From contig OZ219790.1 of NCBI GenBank assembly GCA_964291215.2, forward strand, positions 2,400,001-2,464,000: DNA of 64,000 nucleotides, given 5' to 3'. Source of the stretch: Alphaproteobacteria bacterium (lineage in GTDB: Bacteria > Pseudomonadota > Alphaproteobacteria > MPNO01 > UBA830). A model generated the notes under the pieces. That model did no database searches. It saw nothing but the letters and a program-made list of their open reading frames with translations, and was not told where the DNA came from. Within the stretch, counting starts at the first letter, position 1. Every line of letters starts with the position of its first letter. A program made the translations under genes and the position numbers. Shown here piece after piece: positions 32,402 to 44,020 of this stretch.

Positions 32402-33579
32402 CCCCACTTCCAGTCTGAAGTGCAACACCCGGCCCTCATCGCAGTGAGGGCGTAGCCCGAACGGAGATGAGGGCCGGATGTTGCACAAATTTTTCCCCTC
32501 TGCCCCTCTCGATTCCGCCTGGGAACAGCTTCAGTTCCTTCAACATCGAGCTTATGCAACGCCTTTGTCGGCTTCAAGCCACTATTCCGCCGTCGCGCGG
32601 CATGGACCCTGCTGCACGTTGCGGCTGCGGAACGCAGATGGTCAGGGTGGTTTCACTTCAAGATTACCTCCGTCGGCGATCCCAGGACTTTCCGAGTGTT
32701 GAGCCGCACCTTCTGAACATCTTCGTTGCATGTCGCGCGAAAGTCCGCGCCCTTCGGGAAGTACTCCCGCACCAGGCCATTGGTGTGCTCATTCAAGCCG
32801 CGCTCCCAAGAATGGAAAGGCGAAGAAGAAATCTGCGTCAAGTGCGACACGCCTGTGGTCTGCGAACTCCTTGCCGTTGTGATTGTGTGGACCAATAGCG
32901 CACCAGAGCCGAGCAGGCGGATCATGACCGAACCAACCGTGTCTTTCTGTCCACCCAGCAAGGTGTATTTCGTGGCACGAGCGACACGACAGCTCCACTG
33001 TGAGCTTTGCCGATGATGGCTCCCAGTCGCCGATCCGTTCCTTTGCCTCCGCAGGGCGCTCGGAAATGTCCACCCGGCCGGAATGGCATCCGCCCTTCCA
33101 GTTCGGCTTCTTGCCGCGCCGCCGAAGCTTCTTCCACAAGGCACCCCCAGCTCTCCGATCTTCGGCGATCATGGATCCGTTCACGGCCTTCCAGTCGAAA
33201 ACGGCCGCTGCTCGGGGCCCTCCCGCAGCTTTTTCTGAGCCTCAACCCGAGGCGTCAACCGCCAGGAAACAGACGAGGCGGCCCTGCGTTTCTGCCATCC
33301 TTTGCGCCTGCTTGTGACGGTAACCCCGTCCCCCGGTGTTGCGCTTGATCTCCCGGAAAATTGTTGATCGGCCCAGCTGCCGAGCAATCGCACCTTGTGA
33401 AAGACCGCTTTTCTGCCTCAATCTGACATCGCTCTTCGTAGGTGACGGTAGCCTTTGGACATGAACAAGCTCCCTCCATCTTGTACAGGAACTCTCGCCG
33501 CTACCGCTCCGCAACATCATGCGTCTAAAAACACATGGCCACAGCCCATCATGTGTTGCACTTCACTATGGAACGGGGG
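32402..33579 (-). mobile_element. IS30-family element copy 3 (degraded)
   Basis: same ends and body as copy 1. Confidence 0.9.
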
Positions 33580-33800
33580 GATCTAATCCATACCGCTTCG
33601 CACCTCTGGCGCGAGGCCCGGGTTTCGCGTCTGCTTCTATCTCACTTTGAAGCCTGGCGACCGGCCTCAAGGTTATTTTGGGCGCGCCAGCCATGTGAGT
33701 TACTGCGCTCCTCATCAACTCCGGGCGTGATCACTTCAAAAAATTTGTCGTCGCCCCTTGCCTTGACGACACGATTCCGTACAGTAGTGGCGCATCGAAT

Positions 33801-33875
33801 GCGGGCGTAGCTCAGGGGTAGAGCGCAACCTTGCCAAGGTTGAAGTCGTGAGTTCGAATCTCACCGCCCGCTCCA
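33801..33875 (+). tRNA. tRNA-Gly(GCC)
   Basis: GCGGGCG/CGCCCGC acceptor stem, anticodon arm CAACC-TTGCCAA-GGTTG, GTTCGAATC, encoded CCA. Confidence 0.97.
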
Positions 33876-33965
33876 TCTTTCTTCCAACATTGTCATCCAC
33901 GGTTCCGCCACGCGTGAACCCGTGGTGCGCACCAAGCGGAACGGCTGATTCGGCAACCGCCGCGA

Positions 33966-34298
33966 TCACGGCGTGCGGCGATGGTCTGCCTCCTTCGGGT
34001 CCTCGCCGGTTCCGGCCGCCTTGATCTCGCTGTACAATGTCCGCGCCTCGGCGGGAGGATCGCGACGCACGCCAAGCAAGTCGATGCGGACGACGCGAAT
34101 CCGGTGGCCGGATGGAATCGTGAGCACATCCCCGACGCGCACCGCGTAATGCGCCTTCCGCACGATGTTGCCGCCAACGCGCACGCGCCCGAGAGCACAG
34201 ATCCCGGCGGCAAGGCTGCGGCTCTTGAAAAACCGCGCCCGCCACAACCACTTGTCGAGCCGGACCGCGTTCGCCGGGCGGTTGCCGTCGTTCGTCAC
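33966..34298 (-). CDS. hslR: S4-domain heat shock protein Hsp15
   Basis: RLDKWLWRARFFKSRSLA. Confidence 0.9.
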   Translation of the reverse strand: MTNDGNRPANAVRLDKWLWRARFFKSRSLAAGICALGRVRVGGNIVRKAHYAVRVGDVLTIPSGHRIRVVRIDLLGVRRDPPAEARTLYSEIKAAGTGEDPKEADHRRTP

Positions 34299-34344
34299 CG
34301 AGCGCGACCCCGTCCCGTCTGCCAGCTATCGGCCTGAAGGAAGG

Positions 34345-36825
34345 TCATGACAGGTTGAGTTCACGCAGCTTGGCAAACGGCGAATTCGCGTCGGGGCGGC
34401 GCCGGTTGCCGGCCTCCTTGCGCAGGCCCGGTCGTCCCGCCCACGCCCACATCAAGATCCCGCCCTCCTCGCGCGCGGCATAGCCCATGGCCTCGAAGAC
34501 GGGGCGCGCCTCGGCAAGCGACAGGCCGAGCAGGTTGAGTTCGGCGGCGCCGATATCGAGCGCTCCCGCCCGTGACCGGCGGCGCAGATCCACGGCGAGA
34601 CGCTCGAGCACATCGATCCTGACCGCCCGCCCGCCGAGCGTCCGATAGCCGCAAGCCTCCAGGAAATCCTCGGGAAGGTCGCCCCCGATAGGTACGGTGA
34701 CGCGGCCGGGGGGTGGCGGCTCCGCCGGCGCCCTGTCCGCGTGCAGGCTCCACAGCAGAGCCCGCCACGCGACGGCAGCCGGCTTGACCAGCGCCGGCAC
34801 GAACAGCGACTCGGCGCCGATGATGATTCCACAAGACCTGAGAGCGGCGCGGTCTGCAGACCTCAGGTCCCGAATCTCGCGACGCGCCGTGGCCCGCGGA
34901 ATCGACCCTAGGCCCTCGACCACCCGGTAGGCCAAGCCGCGAGCCACGCCCTGAAGCCCGTTCTCACGCAGATCAAGTAGCGGCCCGAGATCCGCGACAA
35001 GCCGGGCCTGCAGCCAGTCGGACAGACGCCGCCCGATTCTGTCGCGCTGGCTCGAAGTCAGATGCTCGCCGATCCGCACCCGGATCTCCGGCGAGAGAAT
35101 GTCCGGTCCCCCGGCGAGGCGCGCCACGACCGAGCCGGACCAGATAAGCTCGCCGTCCGGACGGACGACGAAGTCGGCGTCCGCGGCCCCGAGGAGCGCC
35201 CGGAGCCGCGATCCGATCTCACTTCGGAGCGCGCGGCCTGCCGCCGCCCGTAAGACGCGCCCTTCCTGGCCGACGGCGCCGGAATCGGCGAAGAAGCAGA
35301 ACCCGTCCAGGCGTCCGACGAATTCGCCCTCAACCGCAACCTCGCCGTCCTCGGCCACGACTGCCGACAGGTCGTCGCGTCGCCGCGCCCGCGTAAGCAC
35401 CGTCGTGCGCCGGTCCACGAATCGCTGCGTGAGATTCTGATGGAGCGCATCGGAGAGCCGGTCCTCGATCTCCCGGGTTCTCGCCTGCCACGGCTCGGCG
35501 TCGGCGAACCAGTCGGCACGATGGGCAATGTACGTCCATGTCCTCACATGAGCGATCCTCGCCATCAGGGCGTCGATGTTGCCGTCGACTCGGTCGAGCT
35601 GGGTTACCTGGCGCGCCACCCAGTCGACGGGAAGCTCTCCGCCACCGGCGAGATGGCCGAATATCCGGGCGAGCAGTGTCGCATGGATGTCGGCCGTAGT
35701 CTGACGAAAATCCGGGATCTGGCAGACCTCCCACAGCAGCCTGACCGTGTCGGGGCTGCGGGCGCGGTCGCGGATCCGCGGTTCGGCGGCAAGGCGCTCG
35801 AGCGCGATGCGGTCATCCGCATCGCGCATGCGCCACAGTTTCGGGCGCTCGGGCCTCACGTCGAGGGACTTGCGGAGCGCTGTCGAGGACCTGAAATCGA
35901 GATCGCCGTTGCGCCAGGAGATCCCCCGGATATGCTCGAACCGGTGGTCCTCGATGGCCGAGACGAGCGAGTCCTCGAACGGCCCGGCCTCGGCGATCGG
36001 ACCGAACGTTCCGTCATTCATGTGGCGCCCGGCGCGGCCGGCGATCTGGGCGACCTCGGCCGTTGCAAGCCTGCGGCGCACGCGCCCATCGAACTTGCGC
36101 AGCCCGGCGAAGGCGACATGGTCTATGTCCATGTTGAGCCCCATGCCGATGGCATCGGTGGCAACCAGGAAATCAACATCGCCGGACTGATAGAGCTCCA
36201 CCTGGGCGTTGCGGGTGCGCGGGCTGAGGGCACCGAGTACGACGGCAACGCCGCCGCACTGGCGACGCATCAGGTCGGCGATCTCGTAGACCTCGTTGAG
36301 CGAGAAGGCAACCACGGCGCTCCGCCGTTTCAGCTTGGTCAGCTTGCGCGGCCCGGCATAGCTCAAGCTCGACAGCCGCGGCCGCCCGGAAACGACAATT
36401 CCGGGGACCAACGCCTCGATGATCGGGCGCATGGTCTCGGCGCCGAGGAACATGGTCTCCACCGTGCCGCGGGCGTGCAGCAGGCGGTCGGTGAAGACAT
36501 GGCCGCGTTCCGGGTCCGCGCACATCTGTATCTCGTCGATCGCGAGGAACTCGACCCTGCGATCGATGGGCATCGATTCGACCGTACACAGGAAGTAGTC
36601 GGCGCGCGGCGGCAGGATCTTCTCCTCGCCGGTGACGAGCGCCGTGCGCTCGCGCCCGCGCAACGCGACAACGCGGTCGTAGTTTTCGCGCGCCAGCAGC
36701 CGCAGCGGAAAACCGATCATCCCCGAGCCGTGGCCGAGCATGCGGTCGATCGCGTAGTGCGTCTTGCCGGTATTCGTGGGCCCGAGAAGCGCGGTCAGGC
36801 GGGATCGCTGCCGAACGGAGGACAT
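34345..36825 (-). CDS. SUV3/MgpS-like ATP-dependent helicase
   Basis: LGPTNTGKT, DEIQ, ATDAIGMGLN, QIAGRAGR. Confidence 0.92.
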   Translation of the reverse strand: MSSVRQRSRLTALLGPTNTGKTHYAIDRMLGHGSGMIGFPLRLLARENYDRVVALRGRERTALVTGEEKILPPRADYFLCTVESMPIDRRVEFLAIDEIQMCADPERGHVFTDRLLHARGTVETMFLGAETMRPIIEALVPGIVVSGRPRLSSLSYAGPRKLTKLKRRSAVVAFSLNEVYEIADLMRRQCGGVAVVLGALSPRTRNAQVELYQSGDVDFLVATDAIGMGLNMDIDHVAFAGLRKFDGRVRRRLATAEVAQIAGRAGRHMNDGTFGPIAEAGPFEDSLVSAIEDHRFEHIRGISWRNGDLDFRSSTALRKSLDVRPERPKLWRMRDADDRIALERLAAEPRIRDRARSPDTVRLLWEVCQIPDFRQTTADIHATLLARIFGHLAGGGELPVDWVARQVTQLDRVDGNIDALMARIAHVRTWTYIAHRADWFADAEPWQARTREIEDRLSDALHQNLTQRFVDRRTTVLTRARRRDDLSAVVAEDGEVAVEGEFVGRLDGFCFFADSGAVGQEGRVLRAAAGRALRSEIGSRLRALLGAADADFVVRPDGELIWSGSVVARLAGGPDILSPEIRVRIGEHLTSSQRDRIGRRLSDWLQARLVADLGPLLDLRENGLQGVARGLAYRVVEGLGSIPRATARREIRDLRSADRAALRSCGIIIGAESLFVPALVKPAAVAWRALLWSLHADRAPAEPPPPGRVTVPIGGDLPEDFLEACGYRTLGGRAVRIDVLERLAVDLRRRSRAGALDIGAAELNLLGLSLAEARPVFEAMGYAAREEGGILMWAWAGRPGLRKEAGNRRRPDANSPFAKLRELNLS

Positions 36826-36933
36826 GGCTTCAAGATGACGACTTGCGGAACCGCTGGCAAGGTCTTGAAACCCGGAACGAAGCGCATATATGGGAGTGAA
36901 CGCCTCAACACAGCGCACCGGAGAGTTACGCCC

Positions 36934-38811
36934 ATGGCAAGGGAAAAACTGAGTTTCGAGACCGAAGTTTCGCGGCTGCTGCACATCGTTGCCAACTCAC
37001 TCTACAGCAAGAAGGAGATCTTCCTTCGCGAACTGATTTCGAATGCCTCCGACGCCTGTGACCGGCTGCGCTACGAGGCGCTGACGAAGCCCGAACTGCT
37101 GCCCGGCGGCAGCGGCTTCGCCGTGCGGATCTCGACCGGCGGCAGGGGCCGCATGCTCGAGATTTCGGACAACGGCATCGGCATGAACCGCGACTCCCTG
37201 ATCTCCGACCTCGGCACCATCGCGCGCTCGGGCACATCGTCCTACATCGAGGCGCTCGAGGACTCGGACAAGGCCGACGTCAACGCCATCGGACAGTTCG
37301 GTGTTGGCTTCTATTCGGCGTTCATGGTCGCCGAGGAGGTCGAGGTCACAAGCCGCCGCGCCGACGAGGACCAGGCCTGGCGCTGGCTGTCGGACGGCAC
37401 CGGCGAGTTCGAGATCGAGGAAGCCGAGCGCGAGGAATGCGGCACCACCATCTGCCTGAAGCTGAAGAAGGACCAGAAGGAGTTCTTGGAGCTGGACCGC
37501 CTGCGCGACATCATCCATACCTACTCGGACCACATCGCATTGCCGATCGTCCTCGTCGACGGCGACGGCAACGAGGAAACCGTCAACCAGGCCTCGGCGC
37601 TCTGGACGCGGGCGCGCAAGGACATCTCTAAGGAACAGTACGAGGAGTTCTACCACCATGTCGGCGGAATGGGCGAGCCGTGGTTAACGCTGCACTGGAA
37701 GGCCGAGGGCGCGCTCGAATATGCGAACCTGCTCTTCGTACCCTCGATGAAGCCGTTCGACCTCTTCGATCCGAGCCGCCGCCACGGGGTTCGCCTGTTC
37801 GTCCGGCGGGTGTTCATCTCGGCCGACGCCGAAGGCCTTGTACCGACGTGGCTGCGCTTCCTGAGCGGGGTCGTCGATTCCGAGGACCTGCCGCTCAACG
37901 TCAGCCGCGAGATCCTCCAGAACAACCCGATGATCGCGCGCCTGCGCAAGGCGATCACCCGGCGCGTGCTGCGCGAGCTCGGCAAGAAGGCCGACAAGAA
38001 ACCGGACGAGTACGGGGAGTTCTGGAACAACTTCGGGGCCGTAATCAAGGAAGGCCTCTACGACGACTTCGAGAACCGCGACAGGATCCTCAAGATCGCG
38101 CGCTTCCGCTCGACCGTCGGCGGCGAAGAGCTGGTCAGCCTCGACACCTACCTGTCGCGCATGAAGGAGGGGCAGGAGGCGATCTACTACATTTCGGGAG
38201 ACGATCCCGAACAGGCGCGCAAGAGCCCGCAGCTCGAGGGGTTCGTCGCCAAGGACATCGAGGTCCTGCTCATGACCGACGCCATCGACGAGTTCTGGAT
38301 CCCGGCGCTCGGGGCCTACGAGGAGAAGCCCTTCAAGTCCGCGACCAGGGGCGGCGCCGATTTCGACAAGATCGCGGCCGCCGGGGACGCGGAGCCGGAC
38401 GAAAAGAGCGAGGACGAGGCGGACCGGGGGAACATCGACGCCCTGATCTCGATCTTCCGCCTGACCCTCGAGAACCAGGTCCAGGACGTTCGCGTCTCCG
38501 AGCGCCTGACCGACAGCGCCGTCTGCCTCGTGGCCGACGAAACCGCCCTCGACATCCGGCTCGAACGCATGCTGAGGGAAAGCGGCCAGATCGAACAGGC
38601 ATCGAAGCGCATTCTTGAGGTCAATCCCGGCCATCCGCTCGTCCAGTCGCTCGTCGCCTCGATCGGAAAGGACAGGGCCGGCAGCAAGGTCGATGACGCC
38701 GCCTGGCTGCTGCTTGATCAGGCGCGCATCGTCGAGGGCGAGAAGGTCCCGGATCCGGCCGCGTTCTCGCGGCGCATGAACCACGTGATGGCGGCCAGCC
38801 TGTCAGGCTGA
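36934..38811 (+). CDS. htpG: chaperone HtpG (Hsp90)
   Basis: IFLRELISNASDA, DNGIGM, IGQFGVGFYS. Confidence 0.97.
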   Translation: MAREKLSFETEVSRLLHIVANSLYSKKEIFLRELISNASDACDRLRYEALTKPELLPGGSGFAVRISTGGRGRMLEISDNGIGMNRDSLISDLGTIARSGTSSYIEALEDSDKADVNAIGQFGVGFYSAFMVAEEVEVTSRRADEDQAWRWLSDGTGEFEIEEAEREECGTTICLKLKKDQKEFLELDRLRDIIHTYSDHIALPIVLVDGDGNEETVNQASALWTRARKDISKEQYEEFYHHVGGMGEPWLTLHWKAEGALEYANLLFVPSMKPFDLFDPSRRHGVRLFVRRVFISADAEGLVPTWLRFLSGVVDSEDLPLNVSREILQNNPMIARLRKAITRRVLRELGKKADKKPDEYGEFWNNFGAVIKEGLYDDFENRDRILKIARFRSTVGGEELVSLDTYLSRMKEGQEAIYYISGDDPEQARKSPQLEGFVAKDIEVLLMTDAIDEFWIPALGAYEEKPFKSATRGGADFDKIAAAGDAEPDEKSEDEADRGNIDALISIFRLTLENQVQDVRVSERLTDSAVCLVADETALDIRLERMLRESGQIEQASKRILEVNPGHPLVQSLVASIGKDRAGSKVDDAAWLLLDQARIVEGEKVPDPAAFSRRMNHVMAASLSG

Positions 38812-40113
38812 AGAGCCGCCGTCCGGACCGCCGGCAGCAAGCGCAGCACCCACCAGATAGAGCGATCCGCAGAGCACGATCCGGCGCCACCGCCGGGTGT
38901 GCGCCGCCAGTTCGACCGCGCTCTCGGGCGTCGGCGCCGTCTCCGCCGGGATCCCGGCGGCCCTGGCGGCGGCGGCGAGCCGGTCCGGGGCCAGCCCCTC
39001 TGCTCCTGGCGGAAGCGCGGTCGTGATCACCCGGTCGACGATGCCGACGAACGGGCGCAGGAAACTGGCGGCATCCTTGTTGGCCTGCATGGCGCAGACC
39101 AGCGACGCCGGCCGCCCTCCTTCGAGGCCGGCAATGGCCCGGGCAAGCGCCTGCCCGGCCGCGGGATTGTGCCCGCCGTCGATCCACAGTTCGCACCCGC
39201 TGGCAAGCGCCGCGAATGGCCCGCCGTAAAGGCGCTGGAAGCGCCCCGGCCAGGCCGCGGACGACAGGCCCGCCGCCGCCGCATCGCGGCCGAAGGATTC
39301 GCGCCGCCAGCGCCTGAGCGCAGCAAGCGCCGTCCCCGCATTGACGACCTGGTGCGGCCCGGCCAACGCCGGTGGTGGCAGCCGGAGGGCGCCGTGGCGA
39401 TCGCGGAAGACCATGCCGTCCGGGCACGGCGCCGCCTCCCAGGCCGCCCCGGCGGCATCGAGGGGCGACGCGGTCCGCGCTGCCTGCCGTTTGATGACGC
39501 CGAGCGCCTCCGGCTCCTGCGGCGCAACGACGCAGGGCACGCCGGGCTTGAGGATGCCCGCCTTCTCGAACGCGATGTCGGCGAGGTTCTCGCCGAGAAA
39601 ACCCGTATGATCGATGGATATCGGGGTGATCACGGTCAGCTCCGGCTTCGCCAGAACGTTGGTGGCGTCGAGGCGCCCGCCGAGCCCGGTTTCCAGCAGC
39701 AGGAGATCGGCCGGCTGGCGCGAGAACGCAAGAAAGGCTGCCGCCGTCGTGATCTCGAAGAACGTCACGGGGGCGCCGCCGTTGGCGTCCTCGCACTCCT
39801 CGAGGATGGCCGCGAGTTCGGCCTCGGCCACCGGCACCCCGTTTACGACGATGCGCTCGTGGAACCGAACCAGATGCGGCGACGTGTAGACATGCACGGA
39901 AAGGCCGGCCGCCTCGGCGACGGCGCGCATGAAGGCTATGGTCGAGCCCTTGCCGTTGGTGCCCGCGACATGGATCACCGGCGGCAACCGCGTCTCGGGA
40001 TGTCCAAGCGCAGCCAGCAGCCGTTCGATCCTGCCGAGCGACAGGTCGATGAGTTTGGGGTGAAGCGAGGTCAGCCGTTCGAGGACGGCGTCACTCGCCA
40101 GCGGGCGGCTCAC
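38803..40113 (-). CDS. folC: folylpolyglutamate synthase / dihydrofolate synthase
   Basis: HVAGTNGKGS, ETGLGGRLDATN, DGGHN; start codon inferred. Confidence 0.95.
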   Translation of the reverse strand: MSRPLASDAVLERLTSLHPKLIDLSLGRIERLLAALGHPETRLPPVIHVAGTNGKGSTIAFMRAVAEAAGLSVHVYTSPHLVRFHERIVVNGVPVAEAELAAILEECEDANGGAPVTFFEITTAAAFLAFSRQPADLLLLETGLGGRLDATNVLAKPELTVITPISIDHTGFLGENLADIAFEKAGILKPGVPCVVAPQEPEALGVIKRQAARTASPLDAAGAAWEAAPCPDGMVFRDRHGALRLPPPALAGPHQVVNAGTALAALRRWRRESFGRDAAAAGLSSAAWPGRFQRLYGGPFAALASGCELWIDGGHNPAAGQALARAIAGLEGGRPASLVCAMQANKDAASFLRPFVGIVDRVITTALPPGAEGLAPDRLAAAARAAGIPAETAPTPESAVELAAHTRRWRRIVLCGSLYLVGAALAAGGPDGGSSA

Positions 40114-40334
40114 CGTGGCCTTCGCGGCCCTGCCGAGCGTCGGCAGAAGAGCGCCCGGATCCATGTCTTCCGGCACCGGGGTCTTTCGCAGGACTTTCCC
40201 ACGCTGTGGTTGATGTATTGAATGACCGCTGAACGGGGCACAAATTTCCGCATTCTTGCCAGGTTTTCCGGCTGCGGCGACCCGTGGACGGCCCCGAGGC
40301 CAGAAAACCCGGCAGGCTGTGCAACCTCCCTCCA

Positions 40335-41228
40335 TCAGCAGTCGGCAAGATCGAATGCAGCATGGGAAAGTCCCAGGGTCTTTCGCCTCAGCAGGTCGAT
40401 GATCCGCGCCAGAACCTCGTGCAGGTCGCGTCTGGGGACAACCATGTCCAGCATGCCATGATCGAGCAGATATTCCGCGCGCTGGAATCCCTCGGGCAGC
40501 TTCTCGCGGATCGTCTCCTCGATGACGCGTGCGCCGGCAAAGCCGATGACGGCACCGGGCTCGGCGATCGCGATGTCTCCAAGCATGGCGAAGGACGCCG
40601 AGACGCCGCCGGTCGTCGGGTTCGTCAGGACGACGATATAGGGCAGCCCCGCTTCCTTGACTTCCTCGACGGCGATCGTGGTCCGGGGCATCTGCATCAG
40701 GGACAGGATTCCCTCCTGCATCCTCGCGCCCCCCGACGACGGCACCACTACCAGCGCCGCGGAGTTCCGGACCGCCAGCCGGGCGGCGGCCAGTATGCCG
40801 TCGCCCACCGCGACGCCCATGGAACCGCCCATGAACGAGAAATCGAATATCGCGGCGACCGCGTTCGAGCCTCCGATTCTGCCGTGGGCGACGACGATCG
40901 CGTCGTTGCGGCCGGTCGACGCCCGCGCGTCCCTTAGCCGCTCGGAGTAGCGCCGCCGGTCCCTGAACCGGAGGGGGTCCATGGCCGCCTCGGGCAGTTC
41001 CGCCTCGACATATTCGCGGTCGTCGAACAGCAGCTCCAAGCGTTCGGTTATCGGCATCTGCATGTGATAGCCGCAGCTTGAGCAGATGTGGAGGCCGTCC
41101 TTGAGATTGCGGTGAAACAGCATCTGTTCGCAGGACGGGCACTGGTGCCACAGGTTCTCGGGAACCTCGGACCGGTCGCCGACAAGCGAACGGATCTTCG
41201 GCCGGACATAGTTGGTGAGCCAGTTCAC
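40335..41228 (-). CDS. accD: acetyl-CoA carboxylase carboxyltransferase beta subunit
   Basis: NWL.NYVRPKI, C4 zinc finger, [16 protein letters not shown]. Confidence 0.97.
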   Translation of the reverse strand: MNWLTNYVRPKIRSLVGDRSEVPENLWHQCPSCEQMLFHRNLKDGLHICSSCGYHMQMPITERLELLFDDREYVEAELPEAAMDPLRFRDRRRYSERLRDARASTGRNDAIVVAHGRIGGSNAVAAIFDFSFMGGSMGVAVGDGILAAARLAVRNSAALVVVPSSGGARMQEGILSLMQMPRTTIAVEEVKEAGLPYIVVLTNPTTGGVSASFAMLGDIAIAEPGAVIGFAGARVIEETIREKLPEGFQRAEYLLDHGMLDMVVPRRDLHEVLARIIDLLRRKTLGLSHAAFDLADC

Positions 41229-42070
41229 GCGCCGTCTCCGCCATCGCGCGCGGCGCGGACAGCGCCCGCGAGCTCGGACACGAATCCCAGGGCCGGGGCG
41301 ACGACGCGGTCCGCGGCGCCCGACATGCCGCCATCCTCTACCGCCTGCCTGATCTTCTCGACGATGGCCGTCCCCACGACCGCCGCGTCGGTGACGCGCA
41401 CGATCTCCGCGGCCTGTTCCGGGGTCCGGATTCCAAAGCCGACCGCGATCGGAAGCCCCGACCTCGAGCGAATTCGTGCGAGTTGCTCCTTGATCTCGGC
41501 AACCTGCGCCGACTTGGTCCCCGTGATGCCGCGCACCGAGACATAGTAGATGAACCCGGAGGCGCCACGGACGAGCTCGTCCATCCGCGCCTCCGTGGAT
41601 GTGGGCGCGAACAGGCGCACGATATCGATCCCCGCCGCCCGCGCCGGTTCGGCGAGCTCGGCTTCCTCTTCCGGCGGCAGGTCGACGACGATCAGCCCGT
41701 CGACGCCGGCGTCCCTGGCCTCTTCGGCGAACTTCGCGGGGCCGCGGGCATGGATCGGGTTGTAGTAGCCCATGAGCACGATCGGCGTTTCGCCGTCCGC
41801 ATCCCGGAACCGCGACACCATCGCCAGCGTCCTGTCCATCGTCTGCCCCGCAGCCAGCGCCCGTCCGCCGGCGCGCTCGATTTCGGGGCCGTCGGCCATC
41901 GGATCGGTGAAGGGCATGCCGAGTTCGATCACGTCGGCGCCTGCGGCCGGAAGCCCGGCCAGGATGTCGGCGGACAGTTCGGGACTGGGGTCGCCGGCGG
42001 TCACGAAGGTGACGAGCCCGCCGCGGCCTGCGGCGCGGAGCGCCGCGAAACGCGCCTCGATGCGGCTCAA
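41225..42070 (-). CDS. trpA: tryptophan synthase alpha subunit
   Basis: [26 protein letters not shown]. Confidence 0.97.
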   Translation of the reverse strand: MSRIEARFAALRAAGRGGLVTFVTAGDPSPELSADILAGLPAAGADVIELGMPFTDPMADGPEIERAGGRALAAGQTMDRTLAMVSRFRDADGETPIVLMGYYNPIHARGPAKFAEEARDAGVDGLIVVDLPPEEEAELAEPARAAGIDIVRLFAPTSTEARMDELVRGASGFIYYVSVRGITGTKSAQVAEIKEQLARIRSRSGLPIAVGFGIRTPEQAAEIVRVTDAAVVGTAIVEKIRQAVEDGGMSGAADRVVAPALGFVSELAGAVRAARDGGDGA

Positions 42071-43278
42071 AGCGAAATCCCCAAGGCATCGGCGACCGCG
42101 AAGACGTCCTTGTCGCCGCGGCCGCACATATTCATCACGATGAGATGGTCGTCTTGCAGGTCCGGCGCGATTTTCAGGACATGGGCCAGCGCGTGCGACG
42201 GCTCGAGCGCGGGGATGATGCCCTCCAGCCGGCTGCACAACTGGAACGCCTCCAGCGCCTCGCTGTCGGTCGCCGACACGTACTCGACGCGGCTGGCATC
42301 GTGGAGCCAGGCATGTTCCGGACCGATGCCGGGATAGTCGAGCCCGGCCGAGATGGAGTGCGCCTCCTGGATCTGGCCGTCCGCGTCCTGCAGGAGATAG
42401 GTCCGGTTGCCGTGGAGCACGCCGGGCACGCCCGCGGACAGCGACGCGGCATGGCGCCCGGTCTCCAGCCCGTCGCCGGCGGCCTCGACGCCGACGATCC
42501 GCATGCCCTCGTCGAGGAACGGGTGGAAGAGGCCCATCGCGTTGGACCCGCCGCCAATGCAGGCGACCAGCGTGTCCGGGAGACGCCCTTCCGCCTCCAT
42601 CATCTGTTGTCGGGTCTCGTCGCCGATGACCGACTGGAAATCCCTCACCATCTCCGGATAGGGATGGGGCCCGGCGACGGTGCCGATGATGTAGAACGTG
42701 TCGTCGACATGGGCGACCCAGTCGCGGAGCGCCGCGTTCATGGCGTCCTTGAGCGTTGCGGAACCGCTTTCGACCGGCACCACCTCGGCGCCCAGCAGCG
42801 TCATGCGGAACACGTTGGGCCTTTGGCGATCGATGTCGGTCGCGCCCATGTAGACCACGCAGGGCAGGCCGAACAGCGCGCACACGGTCGCCGTCGCGAC
42901 GCCGTGCTGCCCGGCCCCGGTCTCGGCAATGATGCGGGTCTTGCCCATGCGTCTGGCAAGGAGCACCTGGCCCAGCGTGTTGTTGATCTTGTGCGCACCG
43001 GTGTGGTTCAGCTCGTCGCGCTTGAAATACACCTTGGCGCCGCCGCAGTGCGCGGTGATCCGCGATGCGAAGTAGAGCGGGCTGGGCCGGCCGACATAAT
43101 GCTTCAGCAGATCCCTGAATTCGGCGCGGAAACCGGGATCCTCCCGCGCCGTCTCCCAGGCCGACTCGACACGCAGGAGCAGCGGCATCAGCGTCTCGGC
43201 GACATAGCGGCCGCCATAGATGCCGAAATGCCCGTCCGTGTCGGGGCCGGCGCGGTAGGTGTTGGGCGCGGAACTCAT
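42067..43278 (-). CDS. trpB: tryptophan synthase beta subunit
   Basis: [27 protein letters not shown]. Confidence 0.98.
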   Translation of the reverse strand: MSSAPNTYRAGPDTDGHFGIYGGRYVAETLMPLLLRVESAWETAREDPGFRAEFRDLLKHYVGRPSPLYFASRITAHCGGAKVYFKRDELNHTGAHKINNTLGQVLLARRMGKTRIIAETGAGQHGVATATVCALFGLPCVVYMGATDIDRQRPNVFRMTLLGAEVVPVESGSATLKDAMNAALRDWVAHVDDTFYIIGTVAGPHPYPEMVRDFQSVIGDETRQQMMEAEGRLPDTLVACIGGGSNAMGLFHPFLDEGMRIVGVEAAGDGLETGRHAASLSAGVPGVLHGNRTYLLQDADGQIQEAHSISAGLDYPGIGPEHAWLHDASRVEYVSATDSEALEAFQLCSRLEGIIPALEPSHALAHVLKIAPDLQDDHLIVMNMCGRGDKDVFAVADALGISL

Positions 43279-43366
43279 CGGCGCACGGCCCGTTCGCGCG
43301 GCCGTAAAACCCCGCGGCCGCGGGCAGGGACCGGATTGTTGGCCTCCGGGGCCTGGACTGACATCC

Positions 43367-44020
43367 TCATCGCGAAGCCTCCGTGGTGGCGCCGAGAAAG
43401 GCGCCGATAAGCGCCGGGTCCTTGAGCCCGGGCGCCGATTCGACGCCGGACGAGACATCGACGGCTGGAGCGCCCGAGATCCGTATCGCATCCGCGACGT
43501 TTCCCGGCGCGAGTCCGCCCGACAGCATCCAGGGAAGCCGCCATTCGCGCCCCGACAGGATACTCCAGTCGAAGGCGACCGCGTTGCCTCCCGGCATCGC
43601 GTTGATCATACGCGCAGGCGTCTTGGCATCAAACAGCAGCATGTCGGCAACCTCGAGATAGCGGTCGGCTACCGCCAGGTCCGCCGCCTCCGACACCTTG
43701 ATCGCCTTCATTACCCGCCGCCCGGCGCGGTTGCGGATCCCGACGACCCGATCCGGCGTCTCGCGGCCGTGAAGCTGCAGCATCACCGACGGCGAGATCG
43801 CGGCAAGGCGGTCGACGAGACCGTCCTCCGGATCGACGGACAGCGCGACCGGCACCACGTCCGGCGGCAGCAGGGCGGCAAGCTCGACCGCCCGCTCGGG
43901 CACGATATGGCGCGGCGACACCGGATAGAAGACGAAGCCGACATAGCGAGCGCCGCTGACGACTGCGGCCTCTAGCGCGTCGCGGCTGCTGACGCCGCAG
44001 ATCTTGACGTCGACCGTCAT
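43367..44020 (-). CDS. trpF: phosphoribosylanthranilate isomerase
   Basis: [18 protein letters not shown]. Confidence 0.96.
   Translation of the reverse strand: MTVDVKICGVSSRDALEAAVVSGARYVGFVFYPVSPRHIVPERAVELAALLPPDVVPVALSVDPEDGLVDRLAAISPSVMLQLHGRETPDRVVGIRNRAGRRVMKAIKVSEAADLAVADRYLEVADMLLFDAKTPARMINAMPGGNAVAFDWSILSGREWRLPWMLSGGLAPGNVADAIRISGAPAVDVSSGVESAPGLKDPALIGAFLGATTEASR

Noticed and set aside
35440-36933. Apparent 1123 aa HtpG with a long N-terminal extension
   Set aside because: The extension is the antisense shadow of the helicase; HtpG homology starts at ATG 36934
38803-43491. Very long overlapping ORFs suggesting folC/accD/trp fusions
   Set aside because: Stop-poor GC-rich frames; each gene has a normal internal start
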